Shown here one piece after another: positions 1 to 9,596 of a stretch of 64,000 nt of DNA (positions are counted from its first letter, which is position 1; every line of letters starts with the position of its first letter). The notes under the pieces are model-generated. The model did not search any database. It saw only the letters and a program-made list of their open reading frames with translations, and was not told where the DNA came from. The stretch lies in the NCBI GenBank assembly GCA_052034115.1, contig JBPOIZ010000005.1, positions 12,883-76,882 of the forward strand, given 5' to 3'. This DNA comes from Actinomycetota bacterium. GTDB taxonomy: Bacteria > Actinomycetota > Actinomycetes > Actinomycetales > Dermatophilaceae. The position numbers and the translations under genes were made by a program.

Positions 1-24
1 CTGCCGCTGGCAATCTCCGGTCAT

Positions 25-1911
25 GTGGACCCGGCTGGTATCTCGCTGCTGCTCCGTGCAGCTCAGGCGGCGTCGACGGATGCTGCCGCAGCGACGCTGA
101 AGACCATCTTGGCGGTTCCCGGTGAACCGGCACCCGCCGCCGTCCAGGCCGCAGTCAGCCTGCTTGCTCGCGGCGGTGACCCGCTCCTGGCCGATCAGGT
201 CAGCGCCCTGTTCGCGCGGGTAGACACGTCCCGGTCCGGAGTCGAACTGGCCCAGGTGGCCGCCGCGCTGACCCAGTTCAGGATCCAGCAAAGCCGGTCC
301 GACGTCGCCCGATGGCACCAGGTGCGTGACGAGGCGGTCAGCACCTCGGCCGGTGCGGCCGCCCTGGTCGCGACCCACCTCGAGGAGGACGCCTGGGCCG
401 ACCTGGTCTGGGCACTGGAGGAGGCTCGGTCCCGGGGCACCGACGCGGACCTCGACGCCAGGGCCCTGGCGAAGGCGGCGCTGCGGGCTGCAGCCCGCGG
501 GCAGCTCACGGCCGCGCTCACCGTGGCTCAGGCCGCGCAGCGGGCCGGCGACACGACCTCGAGCTTGAACCGCCTGGTCGTCGAGTGCCGAGACCAACTC
601 GACACGCTGCGCGAGGGGTGGCATCTGGAACCTCCCGGGCAGCTCGACCACGCACCTGTGCCGGGGCGGATCCTCGCGGTTCTCGGACAGTCCCTCCCGT
701 TGCGCAACGGTGGCTACGCGACCCGTTCCCACGGCATCCTGACCAGCCTCGCCGCGCGGGGGTGGGCGATGGCCGCCGTAACGAAATACGGCTTTCCGTT
801 CGACTTCTGGCCGGAGAGCGCCGCTGGCCGTTGGCCGTCCGAGGTGGATGTCGTCGACGGCATCCCATACCACCGCAACGTGACCGAGGGCGTCACGTCG
901 TATCCGCGTTACCCGTTGCGGGAGCACGTGGCGGCCGCAGCACCTGGCGTGGTCCGGGTCGCCCAGGAGCACGGTGCCGAACTCATTCACGCGTCGAGCC
1001 TCTTCGACGTCGGGCTGTCGGCCGCTCGAGCCGCAGATCAGTTGGATCTGCCGTTCATCTACGAGATGCGCGGCCTCAAGCAGCTCCTCGAGGGGGCACG
1101 ATTCCCGGGATTCGAGTCCTCGGAGCGCGGTCGCTACTTCGAGACCGTCGAGCTTGCCGTGGCCCGTCGTGCCGACCGGCTGTTTGTCATCACCGCGGCC
1201 TTGGGTGCCGTGATGGCCGACCTGGGCGTCGACCCTGGGGTGATCTCGGTCGTCCCCAACGGCGTCCATACCGACCAGTTCAGGCCACGTGGCCGGGATC
1301 GCGCCCTGGAGGCCGAGACCGGGCTCTCCGGCAAGACCGTGATCGGGTATGTCGGCGGCTTCGTCCACTACGAGGGACTCGAGCTGCTCCTTCAGGCGGT
1401 GGACCTGCTGCGGCGGGACCGCCCGAACGTCCATCTGCTGCTCGTCGGGGATGGGGCACACGCCCGGGCGGTCGAGGCCGAGGCCCGGCGGCTCGGTCTG
1501 GGACCGGACATCCTCACCATGCCTGGCCGGGTGCCGCACGCCGACGTCGACCGGTGGCTCTCGCTCATCGACATCACCCCGTTCCCACGGGTGCCGATGC
1601 CGGTCTGCGAGCTCATTTCGCCGATCAAACCGTTCGAAGCCATGGCGATGTCCAAGGCAGTCGTCGTCTCAGACGTCGCGGCGCTGACCGAAATCGTGGC
1701 GGACGAGGTCACCGGCCGCCACTTCGCCAAGGGCAGCTCCTCGTCGCTTGCCGAGGTGCTCCGCGACCTGGTCGACGATCCAGACCAGCGCACCCGGCTC
1801 GGGACCGCCGCAGCCGACTGGGTGCGGGCCGAGCGGGACTGGTCATCAGTCACCGCAGCGGTCGATGTGGCCTACCGTTCGGTGCTGGAACGGCGCAGCA
1901 CGTCCGCATAG
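25..1911 (+). CDS. Glycosyltransferase, GT4 (GT-B fold) family, with ~200-aa Ala-rich helical N-terminal extension; possibly 5'-truncated by the window edge
   Basis: 628-aa ORF. Residues ~215-628 look like GT4/GT1 glycosyltransferases (RNGGYATRSHGIL, VVPNGVHTDQF, GYVGGFVHYEGLELLL, PFEAMAMSKAVVVSDVAAL). The frame stays open back to nt 1, so the true start may lie upstream of the window. Confidence 0.8.
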   Translation: MDPAGISLLLRAAQAASTDAAAATLKTILAVPGEPAPAAVQAAVSLLARGGDPLLADQVSALFARVDTSRSGVELAQVAAALTQFRIQQSRSDVARWHQVRDEAVSTSAGAAALVATHLEEDAWADLVWALEEARSRGTDADLDARALAKAALRAAARGQLTAALTVAQAAQRAGDTTSSLNRLVVECRDQLDTLREGWHLEPPGQLDHAPVPGRILAVLGQSLPLRNGGYATRSHGILTSLAARGWAMAAVTKYGFPFDFWPESAAGRWPSEVDVVDGIPYHRNVTEGVTSYPRYPLREHVAAAAPGVVRVAQEHGAELIHASSLFDVGLSAARAADQLDLPFIYEMRGLKQLLEGARFPGFESSERGRYFETVELAVARRADRLFVITAALGAVMADLGVDPGVISVVPNGVHTDQFRPRGRDRALEAETGLSGKTVIGYVGGFVHYEGLELLLQAVDLLRRDRPNVHLLLVGDGAHARAVEAEARRLGLGPDILTMPGRVPHADVDRWLSLIDITPFPRVPMPVCELISPIKPFEAMAMSKAVVVSDVAALTEIVADEVTGRHFAKGSSSSLAEVLRDLVDDPDQRTRLGTAAADWVRAERDWSSVTAAVDVAYRSVLERRSTSA

Positions 1912-3587
1912 AGCGCTCGGTACCGCTCCCCGTTGCTCGCCCAGGACCGCTCCTCTACCACCCACCGCCGCGCTGCTGCGCGGAGGTTTGCCAAGACCTG
2001 CGGCTGCTCGCGCAGGTCCGCAAGGACCCGGGCCAGATCCGTGGCGTCGCCAGCGCGGAAGGCCACTCCGCGCTCCCCATGTCCGGTGATCTCGGCCAGC
2101 GCCGGCAGATCCGACACGACGACCGGTATGCCGGCCGCCATCGCCTCGAAGGGCTTCAACGGGGTGACGAGGCGAGCCGCCCGCTCGTCGACCCGCGGGA
2201 CGACGAAGACGTCATACAGGGCGTAGTAGTCCAGGACTTCGCTGTGCGAGACCCGACCGGTGAACACGACGAGGTCCTGGACCCCCCGCTCGACGGCCAG
2301 GGCCTCCAGCTCGGCGCGCCGCTTGCCGTCGCCGACGATCAGGGCAGTGGCGGCAATGCCCGCATCGCGCAAGTGCGCGGCGGCCTCGATGAGCAGTTCA
2401 TGGCCCTCGCGGAAGTGGTCCAGGTTGCTCACGTAGCCGAAGACGAACCGTCCGCGCAGGCCCCACTGCTCCACGAGGTCGACCCGGCGCTCACGGGGAG
2501 CGAAGGCCTGCGCGTCGACTCCGTTGGGGACCACGACGACCGTCGCGGGATCGATCCCGCGCGCGATGATGTCGCCGCGCATCGACTCGCTCAACGTCAC
2601 GACCGCGTCCGCCGCCGCCATACACCGAGCCTCGGTGGCATACCTGCGGTCGTAGGTCTCACTGCGCTCGGCCCATTCGGTGTCGGACGTCCAGAGGGAC
2701 TCGAAGAAGCCACGCACCTCGTAGACGACGGGGATCGCGAGCGCCCGACCGACGGCCAGCGCGACGAGCGCCGTCTCGTATCCGCGGTGACCCGAGTGGA
2801 CGTGGATGAGTTCGGGCCGTTCGGTGGCCGCGCACTGCGCGAGCTCGGTGGCCCACGCATCCAGATAGCTGTCGAACGGCTCGTCCGAGGGCACGCCGGC
2901 GCGCTGCAGCCGGAGGTGCCGGACCCCTTGGACGGACTCCTCGGGTGGGCAGTCGGTGACACCGATCGAGGCCGGGAAGTCCAAGGCGGTGACGGCCACC
3001 GGCTCCAGACCCGCACCGAGCTCGGCGACGAGGGAGTACATCGTGCGAACCGAGTAGCCGCTCTGGCGGTGCGGCATCGAGATCTTCAGGACGTGCAGCA
3101 CGCGGCCGGCCACCGGATCGGCCACCGGCAGCACCGGCGTGGAAATGGTCGGGCTCCACTGCGGTGACGTCTCGCGCAGCCGGCCCAACTGGATCCGCTG
3201 GCGGCCCCGCAGCGACGGCGTCCCTGCGTGTTCCACCAACAGGTCGGTGGCCTCCTGGAGCAGAGTCATCGCCCCGGCCTTCTGGGCCGACAGCCGGACC
3301 TGCTTGAGGAATCCTTCGTGCGTGGCACCCTCGGCGAGGTAGTCACGCGCCAGTGCTACGGCCTCGTCGTGTCGGCGCGCGGCAGTCAACTGGGCCAGCT
3401 CGGCGGCCACCGTGCGCGGTGTCCCTCGGGACTCCGGGCGGTTCGGGTCAGACTGCCGTGTGAAGAGCCCGCGCAGGCGCACCATGGCCGCGAGCATAGT
3501 CGTTGGGCGGGGCGTCGATGGCCGGGCAATCGCGTCCCAACCCGTAGAGTTGGGCCGGTCCCCGAAGAGGAAGAGCGCTCTGTTCAT
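1872..3587 (-). CDS. Glycosyltransferase, GT4 family, paralogue of the preceding gene, with its own N-terminal helical extension
   Basis: ORF 1872..3755 carries the same motifs as its neighbour (HRQSGYSVRTMYSL, VVPNGVDAQAF, GYVSNLDHFREGHELLI, PFEAMAAGIPVVVSDLPAL). The start is uncertain: ATG 3587, 3497 or 3485. The longest ORF start (3755) would run through the divergent acyltransferase start. The 3' end overlaps the convergent GT4 gene by 40 nt. Confidence 0.8.
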   Translation of the reverse strand: MNRALFLFGDRPNSTGWDAIARPSTPRPTTMLAAMVRLRGLFTRQSDPNRPESRGTPRTVAAELAQLTAARRHDEAVALARDYLAEGATHEGFLKQVRLSAQKAGAMTLLQEATDLLVEHAGTPSLRGRQRIQLGRLRETSPQWSPTISTPVLPVADPVAGRVLHVLKISMPHRQSGYSVRTMYSLVAELGAGLEPVAVTALDFPASIGVTDCPPEESVQGVRHLRLQRAGVPSDEPFDSYLDAWATELAQCAATERPELIHVHSGHRGYETALVALAVGRALAIPVVYEVRGFFESLWTSDTEWAERSETYDRRYATEARCMAAADAVVTLSESMRGDIIARGIDPATVVVVPNGVDAQAFAPRERRVDLVEQWGLRGRFVFGYVSNLDHFREGHELLIEAAAHLRDAGIAATALIVGDGKRRAELEALAVERGVQDLVVFTGRVSHSEVLDYYALYDVFVVPRVDERAARLVTPLKPFEAMAAGIPVVVSDLPALAEITGHGERGVAFRAGDATDLARVLADLREQPQVLANLRAAARRWVVEERSWASNGERYRALYADVLRRSSTER

Positions 3588-3621
3588 GGCTGCCGTCCAC
3601 GCGACCTCCAGCGCGTCGCGG

Positions 3622-5649
3622 ATGCGTCCCGACATCGAAGGCATGCGAGCGATCGCCGTCGGGACCGTCCTGGCATACCACGCGGGGGTTCCGAAACTCA
3701 CCGGCGGCTTCGCCGGCGTGGATGTCTTCTTCGTGATCTCCGGGTTCCTCATCACCTCGTTGCTGGTCCGGGAAGCAGACCGCAGCGGTCGGATCTCGAT
3801 CCTCGAGTTCTACGCCCGGCGTGCCCGCCGGTTGCTGCCGGCGGCCTCACTGGTCCTCATCGTCACCGCCGTAGCCGGCCGATTCCTCCTGCCGCAGAAC
3901 CAGCACGCGAACCTCGCCTCGGATGTGCTCGCCGCGACCCTGTACGTCGTGAACTGGGCGCTGGCCTTCCGCGCGGTCGACTACCTCGCCGAGGACGCCG
4001 CGGTGTCGCCGGTGCAGCACTACTGGTCGCTGTCGGTCGAAGAGCAGTTCTATGTCGTGTGGCCGCTGCTCATGATTGTGGGCATCGTGGCGGCCAAGGC
4101 GCGGGGCTGGTCGTTCCGCAGGCTGCTCTTCGGTCTGCTGCTCCTCACCGCCGGGGCCAGCCTCGTCTACTCGATCCTGCATACCAGGTCAGACCCGGCG
4201 ACGGCCTACTTCTACACGACCACCAGGGTCTGGGAGCTCGCGATCGGTGCCCTGCTGGCCTTCGCGGTGAACCGGCTGTCCCGGATGTCGGTGCCGACGG
4301 CGCAGGCCCTGAGCGGCATCGGCCTGACGGCCGTCGTGGTGTCGATGTTCGTCATCACCGAGCGCACCCCGTGGCCGGGCTATGCGGCTCTGCTGCCCAC
4401 GCTGGGCACCGGGGCCGTCCTGGCCGCCGGATGTGCCACCCAGGACACCATCGCGGCCCGGATCCTGGGGATCCGGCCGATGGTGTGGATCGGTGGGTTG
4501 TCGTACGCCATCTACCTGTGGCATTGGCCGCTCCTGGTGCTGGCCCTCTCAGCCCGCCCCGACCTTCGGCTGCGCCACAAGTTGGCCATCGCGGCGGGCT
4601 CGATCGTCCTCGCGTGGCTGACCAAGCACCTAGTCGAGAATCCGATCCGGTTCGCCCCGTCGCTGGCCAAGAGCGCGGTTCGGTCCGTGTCGTGGGGCCT
4701 GGCCGTCATGGGCCTGTCCGCCGGTGTGGCCCTGGTGTCCACCGCCACGTTGCCGCGGTTGGACCCGAACGCGCAGGTGGCGGGGGCCTTGGCCCTGGTC
4801 GCAGATACGAATGCCGAGACCTTCGCGCTGCGCAGCGACGTCGAGACGACCTACGACACCACGGGAGATCTCGAGCCGCCGCCCGCCCTGGCCACCGAGG
4901 ACCTGCCCCTGTACTACGAGCAGGGCTGTCACATCGTCGCGGGCGCCTCGCAACCGAACCTGGACTGCTCCTACGGCGACAAGCGCTCATCCACGGTGGT
5001 GGCGCTGGTGGGTGACTCGAAGATGGGGCAGTGGTTCTCCGCGTTCGACGCCATCGCCCGGCAGGAGCACTGGCGCCTCGACCTCTACAGCAAGTCCGCC
5101 TGCCCCTTCACCTACTCCGGGGTCAAGGAGGCCGAGTGCGCGCAGTTCGGACGCAATGTCGTGGCCGCGATGCGCGATCCGGACCACACACCCGATGTCG
5201 TCATCTCCTCGACGGGCAAGAGTGACTCGGCTGCGCTCCGCGCCGGGATGGCGGCCGCCTTTGCCGACGTCGAGGCGTTGGGGGCAAAGGTGGTGCTCAT
5301 GGCCGACAACACGGCTCCTTCTCGAGGCCTGCTGTACGAGTGCCTCGTACGGCACCCGGACGACTACCTCGCCTGCGCCTTCCGGCCGGCGCGCGGCAAC
5401 GCACCGTTGACCGCCGCACTCGCCAACGCCCTCGACGCTCCGGTGCTCGACCTCAACACCTGGATCTGCCCGACGCCCAAAGCCAGGTGCCCTGCGGCGA
5501 TAGGCGGCGTGGTCGTCTTCCGGCAGGGCTCACACCTGACCAACACCTACGTTCGCACCCTGACTCCGATGGTCCACCGCGAGCTCATCCGGATCGGGCT
5601 GTCGACGATGCCCCTGTCGCGCGTGGGAGCGAACATCCCCAACGGCTGA
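3622..5649 (+). CDS. Acyltransferase-3 family membrane protein with C-terminal SGNH-like domain (OafA/YrhL-type O-acyltransferase)
   Basis: ORF 3412..5649, with the start moved to ATG 3622 (MRPDIEGMRAIAVGTVLAYH, the usual N-terminus of this family). It has multiple hydrophobic segments followed by an extracytoplasmic domain with a GDS block (VVALVGDSKMGQW). Confidence 0.85.
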   Translation: MRPDIEGMRAIAVGTVLAYHAGVPKLTGGFAGVDVFFVISGFLITSLLVREADRSGRISILEFYARRARRLLPAASLVLIVTAVAGRFLLPQNQHANLASDVLAATLYVVNWALAFRAVDYLAEDAAVSPVQHYWSLSVEEQFYVVWPLLMIVGIVAAKARGWSFRRLLFGLLLLTAGASLVYSILHTRSDPATAYFYTTTRVWELAIGALLAFAVNRLSRMSVPTAQALSGIGLTAVVVSMFVITERTPWPGYAALLPTLGTGAVLAAGCATQDTIAARILGIRPMVWIGGLSYAIYLWHWPLLVLALSARPDLRLRHKLAIAAGSIVLAWLTKHLVENPIRFAPSLAKSAVRSVSWGLAVMGLSAGVALVSTATLPRLDPNAQVAGALALVADTNAETFALRSDVETTYDTTGDLEPPPALATEDLPLYYEQGCHIVAGASQPNLDCSYGDKRSSTVVALVGDSKMGQWFSAFDAIARQEHWRLDLYSKSACPFTYSGVKEAECAQFGRNVVAAMRDPDHTPDVVISSTGKSDSAALRAGMAAAFADVEALGAKVVLMADNTAPSRGLLYECLVRHPDDYLACAFRPARGNAPLTAALANALDAPVLDLNTWICPTPKARCPAAIGGVVVFRQGSHLTNTYVRTLTPMVHRELIRIGLSTMPLSRVGANIPNG

Positions 5650-5739
5650 CCGGCGCACCGCGGACCCGGGTTAGGCTGGCCGGGACACCATCCGGCGAGA
5701 CCGAGCGGGCGGCAACGCCCGGAAGATCGAGGAGCAGGC

Positions 5740-7938
5740 ATGGTCCCATTCCGGCGCGGTGGCGTTCTCACCGCTGTCCTCGGCGTGCTGGCCGTGCTGG
5801 GGGTGGTTGTCGCGCAGCCGACTCCATCGTCGGCCGCCGCTGGGGCAGCGGCCCCGATCGGTGGTGCGGTCAGCCCACCGGCGACCTGGACGGTGCAAGG
5901 TTCCGGGTTCGGTCACGGAGTCGGTATGTCGCAGTACGGCGCCTACGAGATGGCCCGCCAGGGCCGCACCGTCCGCGACATCCTGTCCTTCTACTACCAG
6001 GGCACGACATACGACGCGGTCACCGACACCGACCAGATCACGGTCAACCTGCTCGAGGCAGTGACGTCGGTGCGCGTGGCGTCGACCGCGGTGGGGTCCG
6101 GAAGTGGACCGTTCACGATCACGGTCGGGGCGGGCCGGCTGACGGCCACCCAGTCCTCCGTGGCCACGTTCACCCGGACCGCGACCGGCGTGCAGTTGAA
6201 GTGCTCCGGCTGCACCGGCGGGTCGAGCCTGTCCGGGGCCAGCGCGGTGGTCACGTGGGTCGGCCTCAATGACACCACGGTGGCGCGCACGCGCCTTGAT
6301 GTCGCCGGCCCTGCCGAGACTCTGGGCGACGCGGCAGGGTGGTATGCCGGCGGCCGGCTGCGCGTCGTGCCGGCGACAGCGACGAGTCTGCATGCGGTTC
6401 TCGATGCCCGGCTGCATGACGAGTACCTCGACTACATCCGCGAGTCGCCGTGGTCGTGGCCCTCGCCTGCCCTGCAGGCCCAGGCTGCTGCAGCCCGCAC
6501 CTACGCGATGCGAGCCGTTCAATCGGGGCTCCTGACCTCGTGCGCCTGCCACGTCCGAGACACGTCGGCGAGCCAGGTCTTCGGTGGCTACCCCGCCTCC
6601 GGAGACCTGCCGTACTGGCCGTTGTGGCGTACTGCGGTCCGAGCGGCGGCCAGCGCGACGAAGGGCTACGTCATCCGGTATGCCGGCACGCCGATCGTCG
6701 CCTACTACTCCTCATCGAACGGCGGCTACACCCAGAACAACGAAGACGTGTGGGGCGGGACCCCGCAGCCCTATCTGCGGGCGCGGTCCGACCCCTACTC
6801 CCGGACCTCGGCGAACCCGCGCCGGTGGTGGAGCCGCGATGTCGGCCAGAGCGAACTGGCCGCTGCGTTCGGTCTGCCCGACATCGTCTCGCTCGACCTG
6901 TCCGACCGGACCGCCGGGCACGGCGTACGCCTGGCCGAAGGGACCTCCTCGGGTGGGCTTACCGCCACCGTGACCGGTGAGCAGCTACGGTCCCGTCTGG
7001 GCTTGTCCGGCACGTGGGTGCGACACGCCACCGTGCGCGTTGCGGGGACGGACCGTTATCAGATCGCCGAGCAGGTCTCCTCGCGGGTATCGGCATCGGC
7101 CACCGAGGCGGTTCTGGTGAGCGCCTACTCGAGTGCCGTCTACGACGGCATCGTCGCTGGTCCGCTCGCGGGCACGGTGAAGGGCCCGCTGCTGTTCAGC
7201 GGTGTCAACACCCTGCCGAGCGCCACCCTGCGGGAGTTGGATCGGCGGGCCGGCGTCCTGCGCACGGTCCACATCGTCGGCGGAACCGCGTCCATCTCGG
7301 ACGCGGTGGCCGGCCAGTTGCGATCGCGCGGCCTGACCGTGAAGCGGATCTCCGGCTCCTCACGGTTCGAGGTCGCTGCGAACGTCGCTGCGGCGATCAA
7401 GGCCCGACACCCGGTCACCGGGGTATTCGTGGCCTCCGGACGGGTGCCCGCAGACGGGCTGGCCGCGGCCGGGGTTGGGGCGGCGCTCTACATGCCGATC
7501 CTGTTCACCGACACCACGTCGGTGCCAGCGGCAACAGCGCACGCCCTGACCGCCCTCGCACCAACCGAGATCCGCATCGCCGGGGGCGGCGCCTCCGTGC
7601 CGACCAGCGTCCGAACCGCGCTCGGCGCCTATGCTTCCTCGGTCATCCGGCTGGATGGGCACAATCCGTACGAGGTCGCCGCGTCAGTGGCCGACTACCA
7701 CCGCCAGTTCTTCGCCGATCCCTACGAGATCGTCGTCGTGTCGGGTGCAGACACGGCCTACGCGGAGGGGATCGCGGCCAGCGCCCTGCGTCGGCTGACC
7801 GTCCGGATCGGCGTGACCAACCTGCCGGCGGTGACGGCGGCTGTCCTGCAGGGCACCGGAGCACTGGAGACCGTGGTGGTGGTGGGGACGACCACCACCG
7901 TGCCGGACTCCCCGGTCGTGCGGGCCGCCGAGTCCTGA
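5740..7938 (+). CDS. Secreted SpoIID/LytB-domain protein fused to three cell-wall-binding (CWB2-type) repeats
   Basis: 732 aa. It has a signal peptide (LAVLGVVVAQPTPSSAAAG) and a SpoIID motif (GSGFGHGVGMSQYGAYEMARQG ... SSSNGGYT). Three repeats start GTDRYQIAEQVS / GSSRFEVAANVA / GHNPYEVAASVA. GAGGAG lies just upstream of the ATG. Confidence 0.85.
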   Translation: MVPFRRGGVLTAVLGVLAVLGVVVAQPTPSSAAAGAAAPIGGAVSPPATWTVQGSGFGHGVGMSQYGAYEMARQGRTVRDILSFYYQGTTYDAVTDTDQITVNLLEAVTSVRVASTAVGSGSGPFTITVGAGRLTATQSSVATFTRTATGVQLKCSGCTGGSSLSGASAVVTWVGLNDTTVARTRLDVAGPAETLGDAAGWYAGGRLRVVPATATSLHAVLDARLHDEYLDYIRESPWSWPSPALQAQAAAARTYAMRAVQSGLLTSCACHVRDTSASQVFGGYPASGDLPYWPLWRTAVRAAASATKGYVIRYAGTPIVAYYSSSNGGYTQNNEDVWGGTPQPYLRARSDPYSRTSANPRRWWSRDVGQSELAAAFGLPDIVSLDLSDRTAGHGVRLAEGTSSGGLTATVTGEQLRSRLGLSGTWVRHATVRVAGTDRYQIAEQVSSRVSASATEAVLVSAYSSAVYDGIVAGPLAGTVKGPLLFSGVNTLPSATLRELDRRAGVLRTVHIVGGTASISDAVAGQLRSRGLTVKRISGSSRFEVAANVAAAIKARHPVTGVFVASGRVPADGLAAAGVGAALYMPILFTDTTSVPAATAHALTALAPTEIRIAGGGASVPTSVRTALGAYASSVIRLDGHNPYEVAASVADYHRQFFADPYEIVVVSGADTAYAEGIAASALRRLTVRIGVTNLPAVTAAVLQGTGALETVVVVGTTTTVPDSPVVRAAES

Positions 7939-7953
7939 CCCGTCGGCGGGGGG

Positions 7954-8595
7954 CTATTCGTCCAGGGCCAGCCGCATCGGCGGCTGGGTCTTGGCGATGA
8001 CCTCATCGGTCGTCACCCCGGGCGCCACCTCACGCAGGACCAGCCCGTCCTCGGTGATGTCGATCACCGCGAGGTCGGTGATGATCCGCTGGACGACGCG
8101 TTCTCCGGTCAGCGGCAGGTCGCACTCGTCGACGATCTTGAATGAGCCGTCCTTGGCGGTGTGCTCCATCAGGACGATGACCTTCTTCGCGCCGTGGACC
8201 AGGTCCATCGCACCGCCCATGCCCTTGACCATCTTGCCGGGGATCATCCAATTGGCGATGTCGCCGCGGGCCGAGACCTGCATGGCGCCAAGGATCGCCG
8301 CGTCGACCTTGCCGCCGCGGATCATCCCGAAACTCGTCGCGGAGTCGAAGAAGGACGCGCCCCGCCGGATCGTCACGGTCTCCTTGCCGGCGTTGATCAG
8401 GTCGGCGTCCTCCTCCCCGTCGAAGGGGTAGGCGCCGACGCCGAGGATGCCGTTCTCGGACTGGAGAACGATCTCGACGTCCTCGGGGACGTAGTTCGGC
8501 ACCAGGGTGGGCAGGCCGATTCCCAAGTTGACGTACATGCCGTCGGCGAGCTCCGCGGCGGCCCGGGCGGCCATCTCCTGTCGGGTCAGTGCCAT
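7954..8595 (-). CDS. scoB: 3-oxoacid CoA-transferase subunit B
   Basis: 213 aa. The N-terminus [37 protein letters not shown] and the SENG motif (LQSENGILG) are typical of CoA-transferase family I B subunits. It lies directly downstream of subunit A. Confidence 0.93.
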   Translation of the reverse strand: MALTRQEMAARAAAELADGMYVNLGIGLPTLVPNYVPEDVEIVLQSENGILGVGAYPFDGEEDADLINAGKETVTIRRGASFFDSATSFGMIRGGKVDAAILGAMQVSARGDIANWMIPGKMVKGMGGAMDLVHGAKKVIVLMEHTAKDGSFKIVDECDLPLTGERVVQRIITDLAVIDITEDGLVLREVAPGVTTDEVIAKTQPPMRLALDE

Positions 8596-8600
8596 CGAGG

Positions 8601-9392
8601 TCAGCTCTCCTGCGTCGCGGTGGGGCGGGGGGTCACGGTGCGCCGTTCGATCCGTTTGGCCTGGGTCTGCTCGGCGGTGAGCGGCAGGACCCGTTGGACG
8701 TAGATGCCCGGCAAGTGGATCGAATCGGGGTCGAGGTCGCCCGGCTCGACGAGCTCCTCGACCTCGGCGACGGTGACTCGGCCGGCCATCGCGGCGAGCG
8801 GGTTGAAGTTGCGGGCCGACTGGTTGAAGACCAGGTTGCCGTGCCGGTCGCCTCGAGCGGCGCGCACGAGGGCGAAGTCGGCGGGCAACGACTCCTCCAG
8901 CACATAGGTGCGGGTCTGCCCGTGGAGGGTGAACTCGCGGGTCGGCTTCGGGGGAGATGCCAGGATCACGTTGCCCTGGTCGTCATACCGCCACGGCATA
9001 CCGCCTTGGGCCACTTGGGTGCCTGATCCGGTGACGGTGTAGAACGCCGGTATGCCGGCGCCGGCGGCGCGCAGCTTCTCGGCCAAGGTGCCCTGCGGGG
9101 TGAGCTCGACCTCGAGCTCACCGGCGAGGTACTGGCGCTCGAACTCCTTGTTCTCTCCGACGTAGGAGGCGATGATCCGGCGGATCCTCTTGTCGCGCAG
9201 CAGGACCCCGAGCCCCCAGTCGTCCACGCCGCAGTTGTTCGAGATCACTTCGAGGTCGGTGACCTCGGCGTCGTGCAGCGCCGCGATGAGCACGCTGGGG
9301 ATACCGCACAGCCCGAAGCCCCCGACCGCGAGTCGGGCGCCGCTGGCAATGCCGGAGATGGCCGCTTGTGGCGTGGAGACGACTTTGTCCAT
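8601..9392 (-). CDS. scoA: 3-oxoacid CoA-transferase subunit A
   Basis: Inside ORF 8601..10601, with the start set at ATG 9392 ([36 protein letters not shown]). This gives 263 aa, the typical subunit A length and sequence. Confidence 0.93.
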   Translation of the reverse strand: MDKVVSTPQAAISGIASGARLAVGGFGLCGIPSVLIAALHDAEVTDLEVISNNCGVDDWGLGVLLRDKRIRRIIASYVGENKEFERQYLAGELEVELTPQGTLAEKLRAAGAGIPAFYTVTGSGTQVAQGGMPWRYDDQGNVILASPPKPTREFTLHGQTRTYVLEESLPADFALVRAARGDRHGNLVFNQSARNFNPLAAMAGRVTVAEVEELVEPGDLDPDSIHLPGIYVQRVLPLTAEQTQAKRIERRTVTPRPTATQES

Positions 9393-9596
9393 GGGCGCGA
9401 GCCTACTCCGGGCCTGGAGCGCGGCACCGGCCCGGAGGTCCCGCCGGCGACTGACGAAGTACATGTCTGTAGTTCTTCGCCAGCCCTTGCCCCACCGCAC
9501 TAAGGTCAGGAAACAATTGAGGTCAGAGTTACTCGTGGGTGCAAAGTGGCGTGTGTGATACATCGCGGCGGTGCCCCAGCCCCGAAGGAGCCGACC

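Noticed and set aside
3585-3588. The CATG at 3585-3588 would let the divergent GT4 (minus, ATG 3587) and acyltransferase (plus, ATG 3586) start codons overlap.
   Set aside because: Overlapping divergent starts leave no promoter space. The acyltransferase-3 family N-terminus (MRPDIEG...) begins at ATG 3622. The GT4 gene has alternative downstream starts (3497/3485), and third-position GC between 3498 and 3540 is only moderate.
9393-9596. Cyclic-di-AMP (ydaO-type) riboswitch upstream of the secreted peptidoglycan hydrolase-like gene.
   Set aside because: I found no pseudo-twofold arrangement and none of the conserved ACGGGG/CCCA-type motifs I associate with this class. The leader is mostly an AT-rich patch with a short direct repeat.
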